From Phoronis australis (Eukaryota > Animalia > Phoronida): 64,000 nt of DNA. A program made the position numbers and the translations under genes. Below are positions 34,701 through 47,500 of this stretch, one piece after another. How positions within the stretch are numbered: position 1 is the stretch's first letter; each line of letters opens with the position of its first letter. Below the pieces are notes generated by a model. The model saw only the letters and a list, made by a program, of their open reading frames with translations, was not told the DNA's origin and did not search any database. Location: the NCBI GenBank assembly GCA_002633005.1, contig NMRA01000090.1:381475-445474 (forward strand), given 5' to 3'.

Positions 34701-37700
34701 GGGCCATCAACTTCAACAGAGATGCCTTCCTGCGTATTGACATGTATGCGTGTGGCCTTGTCTTGTGGGAGGTAGTGAGCAGATGTTCCACCGTAGAAGG
34801 TTTGTATGTTCAGTCTTTTTCATCATTCGTGTCGCCTCGACCTTTTTGCTGACACATGTGACTTGTTTGAATTGCCCTCGACATGTTTGAATCTCCTCAC
34901 CCCCCTCGTGAGATTTTCTTAACTATGGTGAACACCAGTTATTTGTCACAAAAAATATTTATAAAGCGTTAACTGCAAAGCAATAAGTGAACTCTGGTTG
35001 ATGTTGGCTAAGAGAAATCTGTCTTTGCTTTGATGCTGATTGCTGAATTGCCTTGGCAGCCTAAGTTTTAAGTTTGTCATGGTTGAATTTAAATCTGATT
35101 ACTTGGTGCGGCTAAATTTAAACTCAGTAACGCGTAACGGTGGTTCATAATGTTGAACCTGTAATAAGGCACGTAAATGTACTCTCAAGACATTGGAACA
35201 TCAAGTACTTTTGTATTATAGAGGATCTCGGCCGCTGCCGGCTTTCCACAAGTTTGTTGATGTTTGCGTGCTCCCATATTTAGTTTTTCAGTTATGGTGA
35301 ATGTTGGGTGTGAACATGGGTTTAGTGACCATCTTGCTTTGAGCTCTGTTATTTGAAGCGGTGGGCATCAGTGGAGTTGTCTCCACTTGTAACCTGACAC
35401 AAACTTTGACTTATAAAGTTTCGTCCCGTTATTTACCTGGTTACAAAACCCAAATCAGACGCTGAGTGACAAGTGTTATAACCTCCAACCAAAGAAATCC
35501 TTAAGATTGCCACTACTAAGGGGATTACATATTTTTAACCTAAAAGTAAATTTCAACTCAATGCTGGACAGTGCACGACAAATTTATATCTTCTTGTCAT
35601 TTGGCTAACGTAAGTGCTGTGAGTTACACTGTCCTCTGGTCCTATTGCAGGCACTAACAAGGAATATTTGATGCCATTTGAAGAGGAAATAGGTCTACAT
35701 CCGACACTGGAAGATCTTCATGAGTGGGTGGTTAACAAGAAGTTCAGGCCTCAGTTTAAGGAATCCTGGATTAAGCATCAGGTGACCTATTCCTTAACAA
35801 TCCACCATGTTAACAAGTATTTTAGGTAACCCGTGCCGCTTTCACACTAAGTAAAGACATAAAACAGCAAGTGGTCAACTCTATCATGGTGTCCAGTCGC
35901 CGTGAGAAACCTGAGAGATAGCATGAATGATGAATTGTCACATTTTGGAGAAAAATATGTTGTGGAAAATGGAAAGTATTTACAAAAATCTTGCTCAAAA
36001 GCCCTGGTTAAGGAAATGACCTTGTGACATGGAATCATGTGTTTGTAACATATATACTCACTGATGCTCAGGAATTGTGTGTTTTCATTGTAGCATAGTG
36101 ATTGTTTTACTTGAAACAGTAGGTGCATAAAAATTGCTACCGTGGCTTATTTTTGACTTGAATGTATTCACATTCTAACACCAGGACAATACAGAGCTGC
36201 TGATCAAAACTAATGTCAGTGACCAAAACAACAATATAAACGTCAAGCATATCGTGTGTAGTACACTGTGGGCGAATGTCAATGCCCCAGTGCTGCTCTT
36301 GTTATTGTTGTTGTTGTTACCGTGCTTCAGTGTATGGACTTCAATGATTTTTTTGATCAGCTGAATCAGCTGATTAATGCTTTCATCAGTAGACCTACTG
36401 TACATAACTAATTATTTGAATTCACTGTCTTGACTGTTAACTGTGTGTAATAGTATGACAATTTTCTTACAAAATTAATAGTGGTAGGATAAACGTTTAT
36501 AGACAAGGCACTAAACAGCTGACTAGCAAATCTTAGAAATTGCACAAAAGTGATCACCTGTATATATGTGCGTTTTTGCTCGTGCAATTGGAGGCGATAC
36601 CTTCCTCCTTGCCTCAGTTTCTCGGTTTGACTTATAGTTGACATGGAGTATGAAGATCAGGCGCAACTTGCTTTAAATCAAAACTGGTAACAAACGTTGT
36701 CACCGTAGTGTCAGTTTGTTCCATGTCAGTCCTGTTTAAAAACAGACTTGACCTTCATCATCTTGTTCTGTGTCAGCTGATCCTTGTCACCTTTTTTGTA
36801 GTATAAACGGGACTAGAGACATTAAAATAACCCCTCCCTCCAAAAAGGACAGAAAGTACTAACATAGGTCATTTAAATTGGCCCACAGAATTGGAGACCC
36901 ATGGTCACATTTTGCCAAAATGATCCCTGATATGGAATTGCTCAACAGTATTGTGTTGTGAAAGGGAAGTTTNAGTTTTGTATTGACTTCTTTTCTGTTA
37001 ATTTAATATTTCCCCTTCAAATTTCCAATTTAAAATTGTTAGGTCATTTGTCTAGGTGACCTCCACAACAGCTTAGTGTAAAGCAGTAGTGGTGACCTAC
37101 TTAGCTCAGCACACAGGGAAAGTAGTCTGAATAGAGGCTCAGCAGGATAAGGGTTAAAATAACCCCTCCCTCCAAAAAGGACAGAAAGTACTAACATAGG
37201 TCATTTAAATTGGCCCACAGAATTGGAGACCCATGGTCACATTTTGCCAAAATGATCCCTGATATGGAATTGCTCAACAGTATTGTGTTGTGAAAGGGAA
37301 GTTTATTCTGTTATTAAGGGAAATCTTATCTCTGGAAATGTTTTGGTTAGCTGTCATAGGCCCCTGTTCAGTTTTTCATTGTGTTCCTGATATGTAACAC
37401 TTGAGTTGGTTAGGGACATAGTTGAAATGCAGGTTTAAAATATTTCAATGTATGAAATTGACTGCAAAATAAAACTCAAAGTACTACAATCCTTGTTGTA
37501 GAGAGTGCAGGCATGTGATTGTATGATGTTGGTTGTTGTAGGGAGTGCAGGGTCTATGCGACACTATAGAGGAATGCTGGGATCATGACTCTGAAGCTCG
37601 TTTATCAGCTGGATGTGTGGTGGAGAGGATGCAACAGACGGTCTCTAGTAACTACAGCCCGGACCTACCTTTGTTAATTGACACAAACAATCAGGCAGTG

Positions 37701-37724
37701 ACTGAAAAGGTGTTCACCATGTGA
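25758..37724 (+). CDS. ACVR2: Activin receptor type II (TGF-beta family Ser/Thr kinase receptor), complete, 522 aa
   Basis: Six phase-compatible exons 25758-25806, 28016-28372 (Cys-rich ectodomain, CCCTGHRCN box), 31573-32282 (TM; [12 protein letters not shown]; [12 protein letters not shown]; ADFGLA), 34661-34799 ([17 protein letters not shown]), 35651-35781 ([14 protein letters not shown]), 37542-37724 ([17 protein letters not shown]...*); no GS box. Confidence 0.96.
26271..26595. mobile_element. MITE with ~36-bp TIRs in ACVR2 intron 1
   Basis: TGCCAGTAGAGATGGTGGAGCTCC-ATAGGCGCTTCA versus TGAAGCGCCTATAGGAGCTCCACCGTCTCTACTGGCA; related decayed copy at ~63430-63555. Confidence 0.8.
28600..29720 (+). 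mobile_element. Helentron/HINE-like tandem array (second subfamily)
   Basis: Repeated ATTCGACCACTGCAG..CTAGTGGCCATTTTG and ATGAAACTT units, ending in CTTGTT; boundaries approximate. Confidence 0.55.
29753..30171 (+). mobile_element. hAT-like MITE with 6-bp TSD, copy B
   Basis: TIR CAGGGCTTGGAAT / ATTCGAAGCCCTG; flanks TTACTC / TTGCTC; shorter internally than copy A. Confidence 0.85.
33108..33476 (-). pseudogene. Cys-rich P2X7-ballast/KolX-like remnant within a probable Kolobok-derived element
   Basis: [27 protein letters not shown]...CLMDHPDF fits the WCxCxxCxxMxTxxxCxCC...CxxxHxxF pattern; TTAA-AGGAGAA terminus-like sequence at ~32752. Confidence 0.65.
36974..37157. mobile_element. piggyBac-like MITE end at a TTAA site
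   Basis: Ends ...GGATAAGGG-TTAA (TTAA 37154-37157); the duplicate flank at 36822 has the empty TTAA. Confidence 0.5.
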
Positions 37725-38389
37725 AGCCATCTTGTCTTTGTCTCTCTGCTGCTCTCCAGTGTTTACTGGATGTCAAACTATTTGATCTGGGTGGTTATTT
37801 TTACACGTCACAATGCAAGTGAAGATCCATCTCAGTGTCAACCATCTGCTGTGCCCTTGATAACCTATCATGTGTTTAGTGCATCAGAGAGCTCTCAATG
37901 ACTGGATCAAATGGTCTTGGTATTCAAGAGCTAACATCTGTTGATTCAATGGTGTGCACAGATTGTGACAGTTGATTGTCTTGTGTCAACTACCTCACTA
38001 TTTTTCAACCCGATGTATTCACAAGGAGGCCGTTAAATGCACAAGTGTTCTATATACAGCTACACTGCACATAATCGTGTATTTCAAAATGCCTCACTTG
38101 TTTTTTTATTGTAAATATTAGATGTCTGTTTAACCCACTTTCAATCATGCTAAATGACATTTTGTAAAATATTCTTGTAGAGTATGCAATATATTGTATG
38201 TTATTAGTTATGTTAGCAAAATCTTTCAACTTGCTACAGTAGCTTCCATACTATGCTCCATCCTTTGGGCTATGTGTTCAGGTGGAGACATCTAGTGGCA
38301 CCAAGTCAGTTGATTTTATAGCAAGGTTCGTAATTTCTGTTTGTTTTAATTGACAGGTTATTGTCAATCTTCGATCCATTTTGAGTACT

Positions 38390-38645
38390 GTATGTAGATT
38401 GATGAGAACATGTTAACTCTCTGTGTAGAGCTTCACAACAACTTACGTAGTCTGATGAGTACATGTTACAACTGTCTGCATACTGTGTATAGACTGATAA
38501 GTACCCGTGAACAGTCTGTTTAGGGCTTCACTGTGAGTGATGAGTAATTGTGCATACTGCCAGGGTACTGTATGCAGGGATTCACAGCCGTGTTCCAACT
38601 GTTGGCATACTATGTATGTGGAGCTTCACAGCAAACTGCCATTTG
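38390..38645. repeat. Degenerate ~55-70-bp tandem repeat
   Basis: Recurring TACTGT(A/G)T, TGAT(G/A)AGTA and GCTTCAC motifs. Confidence 0.5.
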
Positions 38646-38708
38646 ATAAGATCAGATCAGGAATCAAAGGTATAAGTTAGCGTAGTAATGTCTGTGTCAT
38701 CCTTCTAA

Positions 38709-39513
38709 GGGCTGTTCCAGTAGAATCCGTGTAGAAGGGGGGGGACGGCAGTAGAAATAAAAATTCATGGGTGGTGGTCTATAGAAAAAAACACAAATTA
38801 TGGGTGGTCGTTCCTGTAAGAAGTGATGCATTAAAAATGGGTGGTATTTCTTGACCTGTTAATGTTGACAGCTTGGTTACTTCAGCCCTCAAAACTCAAA
38901 AAATGCAATTGGCATATATCCTAACTTATCCCAACACAAAAAAGCCCATGTTGCCAGTGAACAGATTGCAATATGTTCACTAAGCCATTAATCAAGTCAT
39001 AGGCAACTTGATTTGAGCCAACTGTTTGTCTGCAGTCTTATTGAATTGAAAAGTTATGCAACACTAAACTGGTGTTAACACATATAAGAAAATTGATGAT
39101 TTTTAAATAAAAAGTATGAGGAGTAAGATAAACAAGTTCCAATATTCACTTGCCATAGAAGTATAAAAGAGTTCATGGAGACAGTTTGAGATTCACAGAT
39201 CCTTATAATTGAAAAAATGTTCATTGAAATTATAGACACATGGTGGTGGCTGCCAAAAGTATTGCTCACAGGCTACTTTAGTTTTTGACAATATTGGACA
39301 AGACAACTAGTTCTTGTCTGTCAATCATCTAAGTTCTTAACAGGTCCTCCTGGAGGCAATTTGTTTGCAAATGTTGGATTTTATATTTTAACCTATTAAA
39401 AATAATTAAAAAATTATGGGTCATGGGTTGGAGAAAGAAATGAAAAATATGGGCAGTGGGTACGAAATAAAAGTGCTTTCCCCCCTCCCATGCAGATTTT
39501 GCTGGAACAGCTC
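38709..39513. mobile_element. PIF/Harbinger-like MITE, TAA TSD
   Basis: TAA-GGGCTGTTCCAG...CTGGAACAGCTC-TAA; same TIR family as 58096-58657. Confidence 0.85.
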
Positions 39514-40235
39514 TAAGATAATAGCGCTGCATTTGTTTTTTTTTCTGAGTTAGGTGTTGCATGGAATGGTGTAGTTGCCAGTAGACTGGCTTTTATATGA
39601 GTTACCTCTTCAGGGTGTACAATGTTACTGATACCATGTGCTCTATTGGAGGGCCGACCTGCTGGTTATTTATCTTCAAGCCAACGGATAGATCAACAAT
39701 GTTTTTCATGTTGGCTCGTTCCCACAGATTAAATGCAGGTTCTTAATATAAAATTAATCTATATTTGTAAACATTTGTGTGTGCGTGGTCTTAGAGTCTT
39801 AATTGTTACCAGGTCTCTGTGGAAAATGAAATTATTCCTATTTTTAGAGGTTTAAAACAGTTTTACTTAACCACCTGCTTAAGTTGATGTAAATCACCTG
39901 AAGTTGTTTTTGAAGAAAAAAATATTCACTGCATTTTATGAAGATCACCTGTTTACAGTGTCTTTATCTCCCTGGTTTTCAGTCTTACAGTTAAAGATTC
40001 TGTTTTCGTCAAGTTTTTATGAGCTGTCATGGTGGTGTGGATCTTTTAATATTTGTCCACTGTTTGATATATTCTTTGATCAGCGTCTCTTCACACTTTG
40101 CCTTCCTCAGGCTTTCCTTATAGTACTAAATCTTCAGCTTTAGATCACATTGTCAGGTAGACTATAACCTTGTATCCGTCCGCATGTAACTACATTCGTC
40201 CTCTGAGGTTAACTACACCGTAAACTATCGTTCTG

Positions 40236-40635
40236 GGCCCGGTCTCCAATCTTTTTACTCGAATAGAACTCGAAATTAGGTTTGGCATTTTCTACTCTGC
40301 TTTTGGGCGAACTCAAGATAAGTGTCTATTATTCTATGCTGGAGTACACAATAACTTACGTAGATAATTTATTGCCCTTAGTTCACAGTTTGTAAACCCA
40401 ACATTAAAGCAATAAGTTCGAGTTTGAACTCGAAATTTCGAGTTTTTACTTGAGTTTGTAGCACGAATATAAGGGTCTTCAAGGGCAAACTTGAACTAGA
40501 AACTCCTATGTATAACGTATAATGTATTCGAGCACAGTCTGATAACCAATTGTCTTAAGTTCGCACAAAAGGAGCAGAGAAATTGCCAAAAATAGTTTCC
40601 AGTTCGTTTCGAGTACAAAGATTAGAGACCGGGCC
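40236..40635. mobile_element. Harbinger-like MITE, CTG TSD, long imperfect TIRs
   Basis: CTG-GGCCCGGTCTC..AATCTTT..TACTCGAA / TTCGAGTACAAAGATTAGAGACCGGGCC-CTG; inverted similarity extends ~80 bp. Confidence 0.85.
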
Positions 40636-41804
40636 CTGGTCTTCGAGTCACCGAAGTATAGCATTTGAGTATACATACAGCATTTCGCATTGCATACACT
40701 TTAGTGTGATCCTAAATGTGTTGGTTGCGTCAAGACATACTTGAGGATTGCGTGCAGTGATGAATTCAAAGCAAAGTACAATAGTAATTTTAAAGGATTT
40801 CATGAAAAGGTATGCTGTCGATGTGGTAATTTGGCAGCACCAGCTTGTAAGCTGTGTACCAAATGACCAAAATCAGATTTTTGTGAAGTAGAAACTGGCA
40901 GTCATGGACAAGCGGACCTTGTCTGGAGGACAGACTGCACTAACTAGAACAACTGTACTGGCAAACTTAGCCCGAGCCAAGCAATCTGAAATAGGCACGT
41001 CAGACTTGTGTGAATTAAGTAGTCAAACGTGCCTCGAGTGTTGTCGAATGGATCAAGTCGAGACGGATGTCAATTCAAAAACAGCAAACACTGTTGGTAT
41101 TGATACCTTGTACTATTATAGTATTAGTTTATCTACTTGATGCAGTCTCTGAAGAAATTTTATCGAAAAGCTCCATCTAATGTGAAGGTGGTATAATCAG
41201 AGTATTATTGTTTTCTTCTCTTTAACAAGGAATGGTTGTGTCAAGAGATTTTGTCAACTTTTTTCATAACTAGTGTACAGTTCATTACAGTTAAGCTGGT
41301 CATTACAGAATTTGAGGGAGATCTGGGGAGTTTATAATAGTGCAGGTCTTTGCATAGTTGTCAGCATTGTAATTTAATTTATTAATAACTTTATTATGTG
41401 GTGTACTAGTGAAGAGCATATTTGAGGTGACTCAGACTGCTAATGTCATGTCATCAAATATCATTCTAGGTGTTAGTTACTATGGTGACGACTTTCATGG
41501 GACTTGCTGAACCTGTAGGCATCCCCAACTTGTCCCATTTTGGCTTTGATAAACTGGGTGGTCATGCGTGGCAAGTGCACAACAGGCGTTAACACATTAC
41601 TATGTACTTCCAAATCGTGGCTAACACATCCCAATGGTACAGATTCATACTTAAAGAATTGTGAAACAATTGACAGTAAGTGGCTGTAAATCTCTATTCC
41701 AACTCAAAATGCACTGCCGTTGGTCTCATAATTTCTGTAATAGTTTAATTAAGGGCGATTTTTGGGCTTGGAGAGAAGTGACAGTTCGTTATAGACTTTG
41801 GATG

Positions 41805-41940
41805 AACCATGTTGAGCACGGTCTGGGGGTGAATCTTGTTATGTGTTGAGCATGAACTTGGTGAATTGTTATGCGTTGAGCTTGGTCATGGGGCGAACTG
41901 TTTATGTTGAGCATGTTCTTGACCAGACTTAGTTATGGAA
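41805..41940. repeat. ~29-bp degenerate minisatellite
   Basis: Repeated TGTTAT(G)TGTTGAGC units. Confidence 0.55.
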
Positions 41941-43485
41941 CGAGTTTTGTGGTCTGATTCTTGAAAGTGACTTGATTGTTCATTCACCAAGACTAAGTAC
42001 ACTTGCTGAAGTGAGATTTACTTCAGAAACATTAACATTTTTTAGCAGTAAGAGGTCTAAATTAAATGTTTATTTTAAAATTGTGTTCGCATGATGTATG
42101 ACCCCTGATGAATTATCAATATCGAATTTTTAGTTTTACGTCTGGCACACTTAGTGAATTCTAAAAACTTTAAAGTGGCCGAAATTGAACCAGTGTGAAG
42201 AAAATATAAACTGTTGTGTGCTACATTATAGAAGTGCATAGGACAATGAAATTTTACGCAAACTACCAAACACGAGTTCACTAATTTTTTTACTGTTCAG
42301 TATTTGAAGGATTTGTGACTGAACCAGTGTAGTGGTGCTTGAGCAACATGTCTGCATCAACACCACTGACACTGACCAGTTGTTGAGATGCAGTTGTGTA
42401 CATGTTGGATAATATGGTTGTAAGTCTATGACTGCGCTATGTACAATTAAGAGTACCGCCTTATCAGTTTTAGGAGTAATGCACTAACTGCTGAGCTAAA
42501 GCGTGACCACGGTGAGTCCAGACAGTTGAGGTAAATTGTTGGGTATGTTGCGCATTATTAGTCTGGTACATCCATGGCTGAGTACCATATCTTCAAACCT
42601 TGTGTCTAATATATATTACGAGTTATTGTGTATGCAGTCTGTTATAACTATTGTATATAAAATCTTGGTTTTGATAATATTAGTTTTTGATTTAAGTAAT
42701 AAATATACATCCAATTCTTAGTGAGGAATTTAGATGAAAGTAATAATTTTTGCCTGAATCGACATCGCTAGTAACATTTGAGTTGAATTGAGATATATTT
42801 TGATGAAATATCCGTGAACAGGTCGTGCCAGGATACATAGTGTGATAATCACCATTCTGCGCACGATGTTGAGAATTTGCAGTACATAAGATAAGTAACT
42901 CTCCACCTTTGTCATAAGTTGTTTTCTACAGTACATACCAGAAGCAGTAGAAAATAGCTAGGAACCCAGTTATAATGCTGAAGAACAGCATAATTCCCTG
43001 CCGTGGGATTTTGTTGATACGAGTTACTGACCATCATTTTTGTAAAATGGAATTCTGGTATGTGATGAGGAATATTTTCTTATTATTGATGAAAATTATT
43101 GTGGGCTGATTTTAATAGTCATTTTACAGGAGTAAGGACTAAGGCTTTCTCTATCGGTATTTTTATGTTGTGATTGCAAACCACAGATAATGTTTTGGTC
43201 TTCAAATTGGGGTTCACACAACTACTAAAACCGACAATGTAAATACTGCTCCAAGCTCAACCCCAGTGTCTGCCTGGTAGTTCTCAAGAAATGAATACCT
43301 TCAGGCAATTTCTGTTCAGCTCTTGTTATGATGATCAATTGAGTTTCATAATTTTTACCAATGACAAATTTCAAGTTATAGGCAAACCAATAAATGCACA
43401 GTAACTCCAATTTTAAGTTTTTGGATGTCAGTAAAACAGCTAAGCAGGAAATGATGGGTGTTTACCTGCCACTCAGTTCCAATAA

Positions 43486-44594
43486 TAAACAAGAGCAGTG
43501 TGGAGCATTGAAATGCGCCCACGAATGCACAGCAAACAGTGTGATTCTAGGGGTGTTTATGTGGAACGTAAAAATGGCAACTAGATTGTGCAAAAATTTT
43601 GAATCCATCCGAAAACTTGTAGGTGCCATCGAAGCTATTTACCAAATTTCGTAAAATCCATCAAGGTACTTCTGAGAAACTGAGGAAAACGAAAAAAGAA
43701 ATTGCCACTAAGAGGATATAGGCGCAAAAAACATAACTGCCACTAAGAGGCGCCACAGTAGATAGAGTCGTCGGAAAATCACCGTCAGCCCTCCGCTTCA
43801 CATTAGGAACATACATGCCAATTTCCACAATCGTTTTAGAGTGGTTTGGTTGACAGAGGGGCAGATGCCAAAAAACAGTATAAGTGGCCAAAAGATGGCA
43901 TAAAATGCCTCGAATTAATCGAAAACCGGATGATAGCGTCACCTCACTAATAGATACCTATTTTCCGAATTTTATGATTGACGGATCTTTTAAGATACAG
44001 ACTGTAAACGTAAAAAACTAAAATTGCCACTACGGGATACACCAGAAACCCGATCCACCCGAAAATCGTCAGCCGCTGTTGCCAACTTCGTATAAATACA
44101 CCGGCAAAATTCAACAAAGATCTGGTAGAGCGCCGGTATAGGAGATACAGCCATGGGCGCAAAACCAAGATTGACACTAGGAGGTGCCACACTAGTTGAA
44201 GTCGTCGGAAAATCATTGTCAGCTGCCCTCTCAATGCCAATTTTCAAAATCATCCCCAGAGCGGTTTGGTTGATAGAGGGGCGGATGCCAAAAAACAAGA
44301 CTCGAAAACATTAAACATGGCCACTAGGTGGTGCAAAGTACCTCGAATCCGAAAACGTGAGGATAGCATTCTCTCACTAATAGATGCCCAACTGCCAAAT
44401 TTTATGAAAATCCATTGGGGACCTCTCAAGATACACAGGTAGGGGGAGAGGTCCAACATTCCTCGTCCTCCGTTGTCGGCTTCATAGGAACACATCTGCC
44501 AAATCACAACAAGATCCTGCCGTGAGGAGTTTAGGAGATACAGACACGCCCAGGCATAGATGACCTACAAATAAATATGTGGGCACATAAAAAG
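43486..44594 (-). mobile_element. Apparently complete Helentron/HINE-like element
   Basis: Minus-strand 5' TTTTATGTGCCCAC and 3' complementary sub-terminal GTGGGCGCAT followed by ...GCTCTTGTTT; internal array as at 10960-11795. Confidence 0.7.
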
Positions 44595-47500
44595 CAAACA
44601 AATCAAAAGTTGAGTTTAGTAGTTGTTTTTAGATATAAAGGCTAAAAATACATTACAATAATATGCAGGTAAGCCAATATTTTACTGCTAATATCCAGGA
44701 ACATGGCAATAGATCATGATATGAGGGTTATTTTACATGGGTTTAATGCGGAATGATTCTGATTTATTATATACACTTTAGGTTAAAACCCCCCGAGGTA
44801 TTCTATTAAATGACTCTAGAAAGATCCTGATGTAAGAAACGTGAAATCAATACTGGGTTTCGTGCAATTAAAATTCGCATAAAACGGTATAGTGTCCTTC
44901 TTAATTGGCCACTAGGTGCTACAGCAAGCGTCTGTCTTGTAATTAACAAATATTGTCTCAGAGTTTGGCAAATAGTTGGACACCAAAAATCTAAGGAGGT
45001 ACAAAGAGTAGTTGAAATATCCAAAGAGGGTCAGGTGTCAAATTGCACGAAGACCAAGAAATTTTATATAATACAAAGATACACACCCACAAAAGCACAC
45101 AGCAGTATTCATAACATCTTCAAATCTCTGTCCAAACATTTTGTGTTCTCTCATACATTATAATCAAATTTACCTACAGCACACATCACGAATTTTTGTC
45201 CAACCGGTCGGAAATTGGTCGACGACTAGCCGTCAACCGGTCGTCTCAGTAGCCGACCAACAACAGTTGGCTGGGAGCCGTCTGCTGAGTCGCCTCTGTG
45301 GTCGGCACTTGGGTTAGCTAAGTGGTCGTCAAGCGTAGACGACCAATTCTGATTAAGCGTGTCCTTGGTCGGCAATTACCATTTTATGACTTAGCGGGTG
45401 AACTTTCGCCAAACAAACATTTAACTGTTCGCTGTTCGTTCACCAGTGGCAACTCCGGTCTTGACATCGGTTTATCAACTTTTGTTCAGCTATTGAAAGG
45501 TGGTAAAATCGAATCAACCTACAAATACAAAGTATGTGACATTACAGCAACGTGAACTTTACGTTGAATTACTGACGGCGTGGTAAAATCAAACGTTAAG
45601 TAATATCGCGGAAGCATAATTTCTGTCTCTTAGTAGGAGACTTTTTATAGAGTACATTATGCATAAAAACAAGCAAGAAATTTGTTATTTTACAGCAAAA
45701 TTGCACAAAAATCAGAATACAACGCTGGGTGTTTTACGACCTCAAGTGTTTTCATGCCGCGGAATGCTCAACAAGCAACACGCATTCGCGCTCATCTGTT
45801 ATTGCTCTTGATCATTACTTCATCACGCTGTATAATTCGCTTTACCACAAATAATTATTGTTTATTTTTGTATAATTTCTTAATATGTTGGTACATCAGT
45901 AGAACGAAAGTTTATCATAAGAACAACATAAACAATGGTTATAACATAGCGCAGGGATTAAGATCATGGGCGCATCAAAACGGAAGCATGTGATCGGCTA
46001 TAATGTCATCCATGATCCATCATCATTCTGAATTTGTTGTCACTTTCGGAGTAAAAAATTGTTTCGAAGCTAGAGCCTTCCTATTTAGCCAGCTAGCTGT
46101 ATGAAGACTATTGTCAAAATACAGCAAGGTGTTACTGTGTATTGAGCTGCGACAGACCTCGAAATTACAAACAGCCCGAATAAATACGCTCGTCACCTCG
46201 TCGTGAACTTTGTATCAACATGAGCTGAAGACCGGCGGGTGTGCATGCAAAATCTGGAACTCAATTGACATTCATCTTGCCCGTTACGGCCGTTTAAGCG
46301 AAAAAATATCCGACGTCGTTTTCTTGCGTAACTCTCTGCACTGGTAACAAAGAAATGTACGTCGTCGTTCTGAAAGTAGTACATTTGTGACACGAGCTAC
46401 TTTCAGAAATTTTCGACATCTCCCATTAAATGATGACAACATCGTAGCAAAATCTGTTCTAAAATTCGGTTTACTGATATCAAATTCCAAAAACATATAA
46501 TGAAGTGAAACCAATTCTGATCATTTGTTGGGACGTTTAGGCAACCTCGAGGGAGAATGTTTGGTTGAAGAATCTGGGAAAAAGAAACTGGCTAATAGGT
46601 GACACAATATTTCATTGCGCCGAAAGTCGACGCACCACAATTTTAGCAGCAGAGTAATAGTATAAAAGCAATTTTTTCAACGCCGGTAAATAATTTAGAT
46701 TACTCAAGAAAGATTTTATTGGGTCAGTTTTTACCCACAACGGCGCAATTAAAAGTTGTATATTTAATTTAGTAAACAGCTTCGCACCAAGGCCGAGACC
46801 TTTGGAGTAAGAACACAGTACTTAGCGTTTCGCGTCTACTCTAAGGGGTAAAAGTTATGCTTATTTACGTGTCTCCTGTTGAGAGTTTCTTTCTCACAAA
46901 AGCGGTCTTCTAATGTAGAATCTGGACTGTGGTATGTAGTGTTTGTCCTATCATTTTAGTTCACGTTCTTTCCGAAAATTATCTAAACGAATGTTTGTTT
47001 TCAAAGCAGGGGGAGAATTGTGATCAGATATAAATGTGAATGGCTTAATGTTCGCGTACGTGCTATTCACAGTTATAACATATAATTCAACCGATATTAC
47101 AATATACGTATGCTTAAGAACGTGCTCCGAGTCAGTGACCCTGTAATCAGTATGCCGTAGACTTTGTTTATCTAAACTTTGAAGAGGTGGTTTGTACTTG
47201 GTCTCGGTTTATTAATGAAGGTCCTAACAACACACGACTCTGAAAGTTTTGAAAACGCAACTCTTTCTTTACGCAGATACGTTTTCTGCCCACGCGTACA
47301 TTTGATGTAGCCCCGGCCCAACCCTCACTAAGTAACGTTAGTGGCAGCCAGCTCACACTAATCCCCGGCGGCGGGCCACATTTCACGGCACAAACTACTG
47401 ACGTGTGTCATTGGTTCAAGTTTAATATTTATTAGAGCTCAAATCATGAAATATATACAAAAGTGCAAATATGGTGATAGCCAAACGGGGGAGTTTTGAG

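Noticed and set aside
38390-38645. TGATGA repeats as hammerheads, C/D snoRNAs or a CRISPR-like array
   Set aside because: Whole units are degenerate copies, with no unique spacers, GAAA core or terminal stems; eukaryotic context.
43661-44507. Several 85-102-aa hydrophobic ORFs
   Set aside because: Lie inside a HINE-like repeat array and show no domain motifs.
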